The notes under the pieces are model-generated. The model was not told where the DNA came from, did no database searches, and worked only from the letters and a program-made list of their open reading frames with translations. From positions 1-45,423 of the IMG/VR virus record IMGVR_UViG_3300031578_000093: a DNA stretch of 45,423 nt. The stretch is one strand, 5' to 3'. The stretch is from a virus. Positions 12,482 to 22,735 of the stretch are shown one piece after another. Made by a program: the position numbers and the translations under genes. Position 1 is the first letter of the stretch; each line of letters opens with the position of its first letter.

Positions 12482-14082
12482 TGCCATTTAACGAAAAAAA
12501 CGAATGGCGTCCTACACGTAAACAGGAGAAGTTTTTAGCTCTACCAACTTCTATTAAGGAAGCTGCGTTCTTAGGTGGAGCTGGTAGTGGAAAATCCGAA
12601 TTATTATTAGCTTATCCTATCATACACAGGTGGATAGAGAATCCGCGCTTTAAGCAAGTGTTTATGCGGCGCACGATGCCAGAGTTAAAGAATGAGATTG
12701 TGCCTCGTGCTAAGATTTTGTATCGACCATTTCATGTAGACTTTAACAAGAGTGACATGGTGTTCACTTTTCCATCAGGTGCCATAGTTAAGTTAGGACA
12801 TTGTGAGCATGAGGATGATGTTCATAACTATGACTCCATGGAAATTAACTTATTCACACCTGATGAGATAACTTCTTACACTGAATGGCAGTATCTTTAC
12901 ATCGCCTTTGAAAGAGTCCGAGCCGCGACTGGAAGTGGATTACCATCAATTGTTAGATGTGCAGGGATGCCTGGTGGTATTGGGCATACATGGGTAAAAA
13001 AGAGATTTATTGATCCCTGCCTTGAAGGTGATAAGATTATTGTAGGTCGTGGTGGTAATAAACGAATTTTTATCTTTGCTACTCAGGCTGATAATCCTTA
13101 TGTTGACCCATCTTATAAACAGTCTCTTGAAGGATTACCAGAAGCTGAAAAACAAGCAAAACTTTATGGTTCATTCGATGCTTATTTAGGTCAGGTATTT
13201 GAAGAGTTTAGAGATAGAAAGTATCCAGATGAACCGGATAATGCACTTCATGTTATAGAACCGTTTGAAATACCAGAGTATTGGCCTCGTATCGTTATCG
13301 GTGATTGGGGCTATCGTGCTATGACATGGATTGGCTTTGGTGCTATTAGTCCTGATGCGCGACTTTATGTATATCAAGAGTTAACATTTATTAAACAGAA
13401 GATAGAGGAATGGGCACCTGTAGCTAAGGAATTCATTGATAAAGATAATCCCCGCATCGTTCGCTTCTGTAAATCTGCTGGACAGGATAGGGGAATGGAA
13501 CATACTATCCAACAGCAGATTGAAGATGCTATAGGTAGACCAATAGAATTATCGCGTAATAGTCCTGGCTCGAGAATAGCAGGTAAAATACTTCTTCATG
13601 AGTATCTTAGATTCAAACAGAAGGTGCGGCCCGCTGAAGATGTAAAGACTTATAATGATGATTATGCTCAGTGGATTCTTCGTAATCGCACTATGGCTGA
13701 GTATAACTCTTATCTCAAGTCGTTCACACCTTATGAGGAAGAAAAGAATCTACCTAAGTTACAAATTTTTAATACTTGTTCTGCACTGATAAATGCTATT
13801 AAAGCATGTGTATATGCCAAGAGTAGAGAGGGAGTTTCTGCAGAAGATGTAGCAGAGTTCGATGGTGATGATCCCTATGATGGCATAAGATACATGATTG
13901 ATGCTGCTGATACTTATGTTAATGATGCAAAGAGTGAATTTAATGCTATTCAGAGGCGAGAAGAACTTCTTGCTAAGTTAAGTAATGATAGAGATTTCAC
14001 TGCATTCTATCGTAATGCTAGGCATATTGAGAGAAGTGATGGAGTTCAACCTGTAAGAAGGTATCATAGGGCATCACGATGA
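12481..14082 (+). CDS. terL: Terminase large subunit, 533 aa
   Basis: Walker A GGAGSGKSE near the N-terminus; size and position upstream of the portal-like gene. Confidence 0.85.
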   Translation: MPFNEKNEWRPTRKQEKFLALPTSIKEAAFLGGAGSGKSELLLAYPIIHRWIENPRFKQVFMRRTMPELKNEIVPRAKILYRPFHVDFNKSDMVFTFPSGAIVKLGHCEHEDDVHNYDSMEINLFTPDEITSYTEWQYLYIAFERVRAATGSGLPSIVRCAGMPGGIGHTWVKKRFIDPCLEGDKIIVGRGGNKRIFIFATQADNPYVDPSYKQSLEGLPEAEKQAKLYGSFDAYLGQVFEEFRDRKYPDEPDNALHVIEPFEIPEYWPRIVIGDWGYRAMTWIGFGAISPDARLYVYQELTFIKQKIEEWAPVAKEFIDKDNPRIVRFCKSAGQDRGMEHTIQQQIEDAIGRPIELSRNSPGSRIAGKILLHEYLRFKQKVRPAEDVKTYNDDYAQWILRNRTMAEYNSYLKSFTPYEEEKNLPKLQIFNTCSALINAIKACVYAKSREGVSAEDVAEFDGDDPYDGIRYMIDAADTYVNDAKSEFNAIQRREELLAKLSNDRDFTAFYRNARHIERSDGVQPVRRYHRASR

Positions 14083-14414
14083 TTAAAGAAATAATCTATA
14101 AGCTGTTTGGCATAGAAGATGACTGTAAGGGATGTGAGATTCTTCAGCATCAGATTGATAATGCTAATGCTGAGAAGAGATTACTTCTTGATTCATTGTT
14201 AAAGATTACTAATCCTTCTGCTCCAGTAGAAGAAGAGACTAGAACATATGAACCTATAGCACCGCGCCATATGCCTTGGAATGTAAGAAAACAGATGTTA
14301 GAAGAGAAAGATAGGATGAAGGCTGAAGAAGAAAGAATAAAGAAGGGCATAGAAGATATTGAGAAGGAAGTAGGAATAAATGCCGAACAAGATAAAAAGC
14401 AAGAAGCAGTATAA
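14079..14414 (+). CDS. Lys/Glu-rich coiled-coil protein, 111 aa
   Basis: ATGA overlap with the terL stop. Confidence 0.55.
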   Translation: MIKEIIYKLFGIEDDCKGCEILQHQIDNANAEKRLLLDSLLKITNPSAPVEEETRTYEPIAPRHMPWNVRKQMLEEKDRMKAEEERIKKGIEDIEKEVGINAEQDKKQEAV

Positions 14415-14544
14415 CTTCTTTCAGATGATGGCCCACTCACCAGAAAAATCTAAGAAAAAAGGCGTAGGCCCATCACCATCTGTAGCTAGAGAAATGATAA
14501 TGGGTGAGAGTAAGAAGAAGCGTAAGGTTTTAGCGAGTAAATAG
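14380..14544 (+). CDS. Possible small basic protein, 54 aa (hand-translated)
   Basis: MPNKIKSKKQYNFFQMMAHSPEKSKKKG...; its stop abuts ATG 14545; overlaps the previous ORF by 35 nt out of frame. Confidence 0.4.
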   Translation: MPNKIKSKKQYNFFQMMAHSPEKSKKKGVGPSPSVAREMIMGESKKKRKVLASK

Positions 14545-14886
14545 ATGCCCGCTAAGATAAAGAATCCGATTGCTCTTAAATATCAGTCAGGACAGGAGTC
14601 TGTATTAGATACTCCTACGACTAGTATTATTAGAAAGATTTTAGATTTAACTGGAGGTAATGATCCTGCTGGACAGATAATGGGAATGATTGCTCCTATG
14701 ATGGCTGTTAAGCCGCCTGTTCCTACTCCTCTTAAAAATATAGGTAGTAATATTATAAAAATGATAGAAGATCGTGCAGCATATGAAAATGTAATAAAAC
14801 GTATATTTGAACAGAAGAAAAAAATGTATAGTTCTCCATCATCTCCTTTTGAAGCTGAATTCGGTATGCCTCGAAAATTAAAATAA
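14545..14886 (+). CDS. Hypothetical protein, 113 aa
   Basis: TAATG coupling to the portal-like gene. Confidence 0.6.
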   Translation: MPAKIKNPIALKYQSGQESVLDTPTTSIIRKILDLTGGNDPAGQIMGMIAPMMAVKPPVPTPLKNIGSNIIKMIEDRAAYENVIKRIFEQKKKMYSSPSSPFEAEFGMPRKLK

Positions 14887-17033
14887 TGGCAGAAGATAGA
14901 ATACCTCAGTTACTCAAAACAGTAGTTGATCATTTCGATCAAGAAGATAAAGCTGTCAGAGAACGTCAGATACTACTTTGGCGTAAGCTAAAGTTATATT
15001 GGGATGGATTCTCTCGTATTTATTTCTCAGAAGTAGCGCACGACTGGCGTGTTCCGCAGGAATCTGATTCTGACCAAGAGTATTATGATAAGCCAGTTAA
15101 TGTCTTTAGGGCATACTTAGAATCGATTATTGCGGCATTATCAATTATAGTTCCAGGTATCAAATGCTTACCAGATGATGCAGATAATCCACTTGACATT
15201 TCGACTGCAAAAGCTGGTGATAAGATTGCCGAACTAGTCTATAAGCATAATGATGTAATTCTACTTTGGGTTCATGCTCTTTACATCTGGTCTACTGAGG
15301 GATTAGTAGCTTGCCATAATTATGAAAAAGAAGATGAAAAGTTTGGCACTTATCCCGTCAATCAATATGAAGATGAAACTCAAGAGAATAGTGTATATAA
15401 CTGCCCAGAATGTCAGACGCGGTTCGATGAATTTGATCCTTCTATCTCATTAGAAGCTGAGTGCTCTAATTGCGGAGTAGTTAATCCTAATCTTTCTATA
15501 GAGACTTCAGTTGTAAAGAAGTTAGTTGGAGTTACACAGAAGCCTAAATCCCGTCAGATATTAGAGGCATACGGTGGTTTATATGTGAAGGTTCCTAACT
15601 ATGCAATGAAACAGGAAGATATACCTTCACTTATCTTCTCCTATGAAACTCACTATACTAATGTTCTTGAACGATATGACCATCTAAAGAAAGATACTTT
15701 TGATAAGCTACCTAAGGGTGGAGAAATTCACGATTCTTATGAACAGTGGGGTAGACTTAATCCACAGTATCAGGGTGAATACCCAACTAATAATGTTACC
15801 GTAAGAAATGCATGGTTACGGACCGCAGCGTTTAACATACTTGAAGAAGCTGATGCTAAACTTCTCAAGGAAAAGTTCCCTCATGGTGCAGCTTGTGTAT
15901 TTGTTAATGATATTTATTGTGAATCTCGTGATGAATGTCTTGACGACCATTGGACTTTAACTAAGAATCCATTAGCTGATTACCTACATCATGATCCTGC
16001 TGGACTGATTTTAACTTCAGTTCAAGATTTAACTAACGACATTATTTCATTAGTTGTTCAGACTATTGAGCACGGTATATCACAGACTTTTGCTGACCCT
16101 AATGTTCTAAACTTTGACCAGTATAGTCAGCAGGAAGTTAATCCAGGTTCAATATTCCCTGTTAAGAGTAGAAGTGGTAAGGCACTAGGTGAGTCATTCT
16201 TTGAACTAAAGACAGCAACTTTATCTGGAGAGATATTACCATTTCTTAATCGGTTACAGGAGTTAGGTCAGTTAGTATCTGGTGCTCTTCCATCACTATT
16301 CGGTGGTATGCAGTCTGCTGGTAGTAGGACCGCGTCAGAATATTCAATGTCTCGTGCTCAGGCACTACAGAGATTACAGACTCCTTGGAAGATGTTAACT
16401 GTGTGGTGGAAAGAAATTTTTGGTAAGGTTATTCCCGCTTACATGAAGTGTATTGAAGAAGATGAGCGTATTGTAGAGAGAGATAGTACTGGTAGCTATG
16501 TTAATTCTTTTATTAAGAAGGCTGACTTAGAAGGTAAAATTGGTGATATTGAATTAGAAGCCTCAGAACAGTTACCAATTACATGGGCGCAGAAGAGTGA
16601 AATTGGAATGAAGCTCTTTGAGTCTAATAATCCACTTATTGTGCAAGCTTTAACATCACCTGAGAATATTAATCTGTTTAAGAGCATCATTGGTCTACCT
16701 GAATTTAAGATTCCGAATGAAGAGTTTGTGCAGAAACAGCATGAAGAGATTCAGATACTTCTCAATTCTGCACCTTATCCTACTCCTGATGGACAGGAAT
16801 TACCGTCAGTAGAAGTAGACCCAATGATAGATAACCATTTAGTCGAGGCTGATATTTGCCGTAGATGGTTAGTTAGTGAAGTTGGTAGACAGGTGCGGGG
16901 CGATAATCCAGAGGGATATAAGAACGTATTATTACATTTACAAGCTCACATGCAATTTGCTATGCCACAAGAGGCGCAAGGTGCTCCGCCAACTGAGGAA
17001 GAGGCACCACAACAAGGAGTAGAAAATGGCTGA
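14886..17033 (+). CDS. Putative portal protein, 715 aa, with a zinc-ribbon-like insertion
   Basis: Canonical order TerL, portal, scaffold, capsid; no portal motif verified by eye. CPEC-x19-CSNC at 15402..15475. Confidence 0.6.
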   Translation: MAEDRIPQLLKTVVDHFDQEDKAVRERQILLWRKLKLYWDGFSRIYFSEVAHDWRVPQESDSDQEYYDKPVNVFRAYLESIIAALSIIVPGIKCLPDDADNPLDISTAKAGDKIAELVYKHNDVILLWVHALYIWSTEGLVACHNYEKEDEKFGTYPVNQYEDETQENSVYNCPECQTRFDEFDPSISLEAECSNCGVVNPNLSIETSVVKKLVGVTQKPKSRQILEAYGGLYVKVPNYAMKQEDIPSLIFSYETHYTNVLERYDHLKKDTFDKLPKGGEIHDSYEQWGRLNPQYQGEYPTNNVTVRNAWLRTAAFNILEEADAKLLKEKFPHGAACVFVNDIYCESRDECLDDHWTLTKNPLADYLHHDPAGLILTSVQDLTNDIISLVVQTIEHGISQTFADPNVLNFDQYSQQEVNPGSIFPVKSRSGKALGESFFELKTATLSGEILPFLNRLQELGQLVSGALPSLFGGMQSAGSRTASEYSMSRAQALQRLQTPWKMLTVWWKEIFGKVIPAYMKCIEEDERIVERDSTGSYVNSFIKKADLEGKIGDIELEASEQLPITWAQKSEIGMKLFESNNPLIVQALTSPENINLFKSIIGLPEFKIPNEEFVQKQHEEIQILLNSAPYPTPDGQELPSVEVDPMIDNHLVEADICRRWLVSEVGRQVRGDNPEGYKNVLLHLQAHMQFAMPQEAQGAPPTEEEAPQQGVENG

Positions 17034-18222
17034 AGAACTTGAATTAGTTGAACCTACTGGTGATGTTACTAAGGATGATATTCTTGAGGCTCTTGAGACG
17101 GAGGAAGAAGAACCTGTTAAGGAGAAAGAAGTAGTAAAAGAAAAAGAAGAAGAAGAAAAGAAAGATGAAGAAGAGCCTGAGATAGAGATTGACGAAAATG
17201 AAGATGAAGAAGAGCCAGATGAGAAGAAGCAAGAAGAATTAGAGTTAGTAGTTCCACCGCGTCGTAAAGAGATATTAACTAAATATCCTAAGCTCTTTAA
17301 AGATTTTCCATATCTTGAAAGGGCTATGTATAAAGAGAAGCAGTATACTGAAATTCTTCCTACTATCGAAGATGCTAAGGTTGCTGCACAGAAAGCTACG
17401 ACTCTTGATAAGTTTGAGGCTGATTTATCACAAGGTAAGATAGTTCCTATTCTCAAGGCTATTAAAGAGACTGATGAAGAGTCTTTCAAGCATGTAGTTG
17501 ATAACTACTTATTTGTTTTAGAAGAAGTCGATGAGAAAGCATACAATCACGTTCTTGGTAATGTGATTAAGAATACCGTCATTACGATGGTAGACGAGGC
17601 TAAGCGTTCTAATAATAAAGAACTGATGGAGAGTGCAGCTCTTCTTAACCAGTTCATATTTGGAACTAGTGAATTTACTCCTCCTAAGAAGTTAGCAACT
17701 ACTAAAGAACCAGACTCCGCTGATGCGCGACTGAAGAAAGAACGAGAGGCATTTGTTAAGGAGCGGTTTGATACTTCTAAGAATGATCTAGATACTAAGG
17801 TACAGAATACTCTTAAGTCTACTGTGGATGCACATATTGACCCTAATGGTGTAATGAGTGACTATGTTAAGCGCACCGCTATTCGTGATGCACTTGAATC
17901 TCTCGATACTGAGATTGGTAGTGATACGAGGTTTAGTGCAATAATGGATGGATTGTGGAAGAAAGCATTTGAAACTAATTTTAATAAGATTGCTCTGGAC
18001 AAAATTCGTGCAGCCTACTTGTCCAAGGCTAAGACATTGTTACCCAATATTATTAAGAAGTCTCGTACTGAAGCCCTAAAGGGTATGGGGCGCACATCTC
18101 CTAGCATAGAGAAGAAAGGTCATCTTCCTGTTGGTAAAACGTCAGGTTCAAAAAAGATTGTTGAACCGAAAGAGATTCCTAAGAAAATGTCAACTTTGGA
18201 CTACTTAATGAGTGAGGATTAG
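17026..18222 (+). CDS. Putative scaffolding protein, 398 aa
   Basis: Glu/Lys/Asp low-complexity acidic N-terminal third; sits between the portal-like and capsid-like genes. Confidence 0.55.
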   Translation: MAEELELVEPTGDVTKDDILEALETEEEEPVKEKEVVKEKEEEEKKDEEEPEIEIDENEDEEEPDEKKQEELELVVPPRRKEILTKYPKLFKDFPYLERAMYKEKQYTEILPTIEDAKVAAQKATTLDKFEADLSQGKIVPILKAIKETDEESFKHVVDNYLFVLEEVDEKAYNHVLGNVIKNTVITMVDEAKRSNNKELMESAALLNQFIFGTSEFTPPKKLATTKEPDSADARLKKEREAFVKERFDTSKNDLDTKVQNTLKSTVDAHIDPNGVMSDYVKRTAIRDALESLDTEIGSDTRFSAIMDGLWKKAFETNFNKIALDKIRAAYLSKAKTLLPNIIKKSRTEALKGMGRTSPSIEKKGHLPVGKTSGSKKIVEPKEIPKKMSTLDYLMSED

Positions 18223-18225
18223 ATA

Positions 18226-19476
18226 ATGGCTGTTGTTGAATCTGATGTTGCCGCAACTGAATTAGAGCGTGTCCTCCCTAAGTTACAGACTTTGTTTGAG
18301 AGGGATGATAAGTTCTATGCTAATGTTAAGAAGCGTCCTGTCGAAAAGATTAGTTACCGTCAGATGAGAATTCCACTTGAGATGCGTCCAGGTGGTTCAT
18401 TCCAGTATTTTGATGCTGATGGTGGTGATCTTGGCCGTGGTGGTGGACCGCAGACTGATAAGGCTGTGTTACAGGCGGTATTCGTTAGTGAGAATATCGA
18501 ATATACTAAGCTGACTCAGTGGTCTACTGATGATGCACGTAAGGCTATTGTTAATGCTGTTCGTAGACTTACTGCAACTGCGTTAGATGAATTACGTCGT
18601 CAGTTAGATGCACAGTTACAGCAGCCTGGTAATGGTGTTATTGGGACTGTTACTACTGTTGCTACTGCTGCTGGTGTTGATACCTACACTTTAACTACTG
18701 ATGGTTTTGGTGCTAGGTTAATGCGTCGTGGTCAGACTGTGCAGTTGTTTGATACCACTCTCGCAACGTTAAGGGGTAGTGGTGTTATCACGCTGTGTGA
18801 TGTTGAGAATAAGACTATTGGAGTTACGCCTGCTATTGCTGGCGCAGTTGCAACTGACTTATTAGTTACTGCTGGTATCGCTACCCCTACAGCTCTTCCT
18901 GCGATTTATGGTGTGCCATACCATCATTCCAATGCTAGCACAGGTTCATGGTTAGGTATGTCTCGTGTGACTAATCCTGAGATTCGTGCTAACAGGGTTA
19001 ATGGTGGTGCTGCTGCTCTTACTCTTCCATTACCACGTCTTGCGATGAACAAGATTGGTAATAGGTTAGGAATTGATAATAACTTCTCGCCTACTGCATG
19101 GATGCATCCTTGTCAGCAGCAGGCATATGAGGAGATTGGTCAGTTAGTTTCCATTATTCAGAAACAGGCTAAAGAAGAGTCTCTGAATATGTATTTTGGC
19201 AATAACATGCAGATGGCTGGGGCCTCAGTTAAGCCACATTTTAGCTGGGACAGAACCAGAATCGATTTTATTGTTGACGAAGTGTGGGGACGTGGTGAAA
19301 TTTTGCCATTAGGATTCTACACTACTGATGGTCGGAAGATTTTCGAGCTGCGTGGTCCTTCTGGTGGAGTTATGACGTCGGACATTTTCTATATGGTGAA
19401 CGGTGTGCAGTTCTTTGTGAATAATCCTGCTGGCTGTTCATATATAGATAATCTTGCGGTTCCCGCTGGTTACTAA
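18226..19476 (+). CDS. Putative major capsid protein, 416 aa
   Basis: Position directly after the scaffold-like gene, and size; no motif-level proof. Confidence 0.6.
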   Translation: MAVVESDVAATELERVLPKLQTLFERDDKFYANVKKRPVEKISYRQMRIPLEMRPGGSFQYFDADGGDLGRGGGPQTDKAVLQAVFVSENIEYTKLTQWSTDDARKAIVNAVRRLTATALDELRRQLDAQLQQPGNGVIGTVTTVATAAGVDTYTLTTDGFGARLMRRGQTVQLFDTTLATLRGSGVITLCDVENKTIGVTPAIAGAVATDLLVTAGIATPTALPAIYGVPYHHSNASTGSWLGMSRVTNPEIRANRVNGGAAALTLPLPRLAMNKIGNRLGIDNNFSPTAWMHPCQQQAYEEIGQLVSIIQKQAKEESLNMYFGNNMQMAGASVKPHFSWDRTRIDFIVDEVWGRGEILPLGFYTTDGRKIFELRGPSGGVMTSDIFYMVNGVQFFVNNPAGCSYIDNLAVPAGY

Positions 19477-19482
19477 TAGGAG

Positions 19483-19806
19483 ATGATGATGGCGAGTGAT
19501 TTGCTTTTTCAGAATTTTAGCACTGTTCAGAGTAATAAGCAGCCGTTACCTGTTACTGTAACTGCGGCTGCTACAATAGCCCCAACTACCTTTATTACTA
19601 AGGTTACTGGTAATACGGCTATTGCCACTATCACTCCCCCTGTAGCAGGAACACATATGCTTTGTATTGTTCCAGGCACGACTACAGGTTTTACTACGGG
19701 TGGTAACGTTTCAGGAGGAACGACTACTGTTGCTAGTAGAGCGTATCTTCTTGTTTATGAACCCATCGCCGCAACTTACTATATAGTGAGTTCGACTACC
19801 AGCTAG
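19483..19806 (+). CDS. Thr-rich small structural-module protein, 107 aa
   Basis: About a quarter of residues are Thr; lies between the capsid and glycosyltransferase genes. Confidence 0.55.
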   Translation: MMMASDLLFQNFSTVQSNKQPLPVTVTAAATIAPTTFITKVTGNTAIATITPPVAGTHMLCIVPGTTTGFTTGGNVSGGTTTVASRAYLLVYEPIAATYYIVSSTTS

Positions 19807-19814
19807 AGATTAAA

Positions 19815-20486
19815 ATGAAAGTAATAATAGGTGTTCCCACAGGAGAATATGCTCGTAGGGCGGATTTCTACGACTATTTTAATACACTGGTTAAACCAGA
19901 AGGAACGCTATTAATGCTTTCTCATGGACAATCTCCAGCTACTAACAGAAATTTGGTAATTCAAGCAGCTTTAGATAATGACTGCACACATGTTTTCTTC
20001 TTAGATGATGACATGGTATTTGGTCCTGATGTTTTAACACGTCTATTGGACCATGACAAAGATGTAGTTACTGGACTATATCTAATGAGGAATTATCCAC
20101 ACTATCCAGTCTTATTTGATGAAGCTTATGAAAATGGCAGATGTAGATTCATGCTTCTGAAAGATAGGACTGGATTAGTTGAAGTAGTTAGTTGTGGATT
20201 TGGAGCTGTTTTAATTAAGACTGAGGTATTTAAAAAGCAAGAGAAGCCTTGGGTCACACTAGGAGAAATAGAAAAGGATAGCTGGTGTGATGATGTTTCG
20301 TTTTTCAATAGAGTGAGAGCTACAGGTTTTAAGATTTATTGTGATTTAGATGTTCAGCTTGGTCATATGATAAATCTTAACATGTGGCCTCTTAAGGTTG
20401 AGGGTGGATGGAATACTAAGTATGCAACTATGAGTGGTCAGACTTTTCAATTTCCACAAATGGAAGAGTATCCCTCTGTCACATAA
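19815..20486 (+). CDS. Family 2-like glycosyltransferase, 223 aa
   Basis: N-terminal VIIGVPT Rossmann-like strand and a DxD-type FFLDDDM motif. Confidence 0.65.
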   Translation: MKVIIGVPTGEYARRADFYDYFNTLVKPEGTLLMLSHGQSPATNRNLVIQAALDNDCTHVFFLDDDMVFGPDVLTRLLDHDKDVVTGLYLMRNYPHYPVLFDEAYENGRCRFMLLKDRTGLVEVVSCGFGAVLIKTEVFKKQEKPWVTLGEIEKDSWCDDVSFFNRVRATGFKIYCDLDVQLGHMINLNMWPLKVEGGWNTKYATMSGQTFQFPQMEEYPSVT

Positions 20487-20512
20487 TGTGATGGCTCAAG
20501 AAGGAGCTAGAG

Positions 20513-21496
20513 ATGAGTATTGACAATATTTGGTATAAACTCCGCGCGCTAAATGACAACGGTATTCTCGATTCACTTCTTTTACTTGGAGGTAAATTAA
20601 TTTGGGTAGATTATTTAAATGGTGATGATGCTAACTACGGCACGAAAGATGCTCCAATTAAGACCTTAGATGGAAGTAGTGGTGCATTAGCTCGTGTTAC
20701 AGCAGGTAAAAATGATATTGTAGTGCTTAAGAATTCCGGTGGAACTCTTGCTCAATCTGTTGTGAGATTAAGTGCAGCTTTTGATTGGAATAAAGCCTGT
20801 ACGCATATTATTGCGCAGACTCCTGTTGGTTCTCCATGGTCGCCTAGAGCTAGTATTCGTCCAAATCTTTCTGATACAGCATTTGCTAATTTCTTTACTG
20901 TCTCCGCTCGTGGTTGTTTATTCCATAACATTGGATGGGTTACAGAATTTACAGCCGGTGTCGCAGCTTCTATTCCATTAACAGTTTCGGCTCCTTACAA
21001 TAGATTCTCCCGTTGTCAAATTGCAGGGATGATTGATGCTACTTCTGCCGCTAGTGCTACCAGCCGTTGTGTTAAGCTAACTGCTGGTGAAAATTTGTTT
21101 GAAAATTGTGTGATTGGTGTTGATACAATTGCACGTTCTGTCGCAAATGCCTCTGTTGAGTTTGCTAGTGGTGCGGCACGTAACCACTTCAAGAATTGTA
21201 TTTTCCCAATCTATGCAACTGCAACTTCACCTTTGTTAGTTAAGGTAGCAGCTGCGGCTGGTGCTGATAGATTCCAGCTATTTGAAGATTGCATTGTTAC
21301 TAACTTTGGTGCTTCTTCTTTGAAACTCTGTACATTAGCTGCGAATATTGGTGGAAAAATCATTTTCACTAATCCTAAGTTAATGGGAACCTTTGGTGGA
21401 TTTGGAACTGATGCTACTTCTATTGCTCAGATTTTGATTGATGGTGTGGCATCTGGCACCACTGTAACTGGTATTGGTTATGCTCCGAATGCGTAA
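20513..21496 (+). CDS. Putative right-handed parallel beta-helix protein, 327 aa
   Basis: Repeated rungs LFHNIGW, FSRCQIAG, FENCVIGV, FKNCIFP and FEDCIVTN at about 25-40 aa spacing. Confidence 0.55.
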   Translation: MSIDNIWYKLRALNDNGILDSLLLLGGKLIWVDYLNGDDANYGTKDAPIKTLDGSSGALARVTAGKNDIVVLKNSGGTLAQSVVRLSAAFDWNKACTHIIAQTPVGSPWSPRASIRPNLSDTAFANFFTVSARGCLFHNIGWVTEFTAGVAASIPLTVSAPYNRFSRCQIAGMIDATSAASATSRCVKLTAGENLFENCVIGVDTIARSVANASVEFASGAARNHFKNCIFPIYATATSPLLVKVAAAAGADRFQLFEDCIVTNFGASSLKLCTLAANIGGKIIFTNPKLMGTFGGFGTDATSIAQILIDGVASGTTVTGIGYAPNA

Positions 21497-21507
21497 TTGG
21501 TAAAGAA

Positions 21508-22074
21508 ATGTTACTAATTGAATCTATCGAATTGATTAATGGCCAGTTAGAACGTCACTTTGGTAGTGACATTACGGGTAGACCATACTTTCGCATAGTC
21601 TGGTCAGAAGATCAATTCGAGAAAAGATTAACAGAATTCACTGACGCTGGAGTTGCTCTATTAACACCAGAGGTACGAGAGCTACCTAAATATCGTCAGT
21701 GGATTCACGCTAAGTATATTCTTGAAGGATTAACTATAGTTCCAGAACCTAGTCTGGGAGAATTACCTGTTAGTAAATTCTCCTATGAACCTGTTTGGGT
21801 ATTTGAAGATAGGGACCATAACTATTTGCCTCCAAAGTTTGATGCATGTAAATTTATACTTGATAATATGCAACATGGGAAGGCATATTTTGCTAAGTAT
21901 AGAGACCCCGATGCTGATCCTTTGGAGGCAAAACATAATACTGAGATGAGAATAAGTGCAATAGAAGAAGAACTATTCGGTAATGAAACAGAGGCTAGCG
22001 ATGCGCTTCGCTACAGAGAAGGTGTCAGTTTAGCGCAAACAAAGGAGAAGGAAAATGTCGATAATGTCACTTAG
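21508..22074 (+). CDS. Structural-module protein, 188 aa, function unknown
   Basis: ATG ORF in the rightward operon. Confidence 0.6.
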   Translation: MLLIESIELINGQLERHFGSDITGRPYFRIVWSEDQFEKRLTEFTDAGVALLTPEVRELPKYRQWIHAKYILEGLTIVPEPSLGELPVSKFSYEPVWVFEDRDHNYLPPKFDACKFILDNMQHGKAYFAKYRDPDADPLEAKHNTEMRISAIEEELFGNETEASDALRYREGVSLAQTKEKENVDNVT

Positions 22075-22735
22075 TAATAAGCAAGCTGTTCGCGCGCCTG
22101 TTAATCCAATGGATAAGTCTACTGTAGTTTCGATTCTTCCGAAACTGGTAGATGAAACTAAGCATACTATTCAGCCTGGACGTTTTACTATTCTTCCAGG
22201 TTCATATGAGAAGCCAACATTTCTAGTTGTTGGTTCTAGTAGCTGGTTTAGAGATGTAGATGAGAATCAGCCGTTACTTGAGATTCCTATCTCATCTGTT
22301 TTAATTGCAGAATCTATTGTAAGAGATTACTGTAATGGTATGTTAGGTTGTGATATGGCTGATTCTATGCCAGGTCTGTTCTTTGTGCCTGGTGTTATTG
22401 ACTATGCTAAACTTGTCAAAGATCATAAGGGTCTTTTAGATAGAGCACAGGCACGACAGAAGAATTGGTTTACGAATCTTGTCAAGTTAGCTGATTCCTT
22501 ATGGGCACGTTCTAATGGTAATCCACTTGCTATTGCTGCTGATATGAAGTTAGCTGCGCAGGAACTTGGATTAAAAGAAAAGCCTTGGCTTAAGGATTTC
22601 GTTACCATTGATGAGATGATCCCTTGCACAAGCTGTGGCACATTACGTAATATTAACTTCCCGATGTGCCCAAATTGTAAGACTATTCTTGATGAAAAGA
22701 AGTTTAAAGAACTTGGCTTGAAGGTGGCTGGATAA
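22055..22735 (+). CDS. Structural-module protein with C-terminal zinc ribbon, 226 aa
   Basis: AAGGAGAAGG SD upstream; CTSC...CPNC near the C-terminus. Confidence 0.6.
   Translation: MSIMSLSNKQAVRAPVNPMDKSTVVSILPKLVDETKHTIQPGRFTILPGSYEKPTFLVVGSSSWFRDVDENQPLLEIPISSVLIAESIVRDYCNGMLGCDMADSMPGLFFVPGVIDYAKLVKDHKGLLDRAQARQKNWFTNLVKLADSLWARSNGNPLAIAADMKLAAQELGLKEKPWLKDFVTIDEMIPCTSCGTLRNINFPMCPNCKTILDEKKFKELGLKVAG

Noticed and set aside
16938-17489. Minus-strand 183-aa Ser-rich ORF (and 17044..17232) opposite the scaffold gene
   Set aside because: It is a mirror of the GAA/GAG/AAG-rich acidic tract of the scaffold-like gene. The low-complexity Ser/Phe runs are an antisense artefact.
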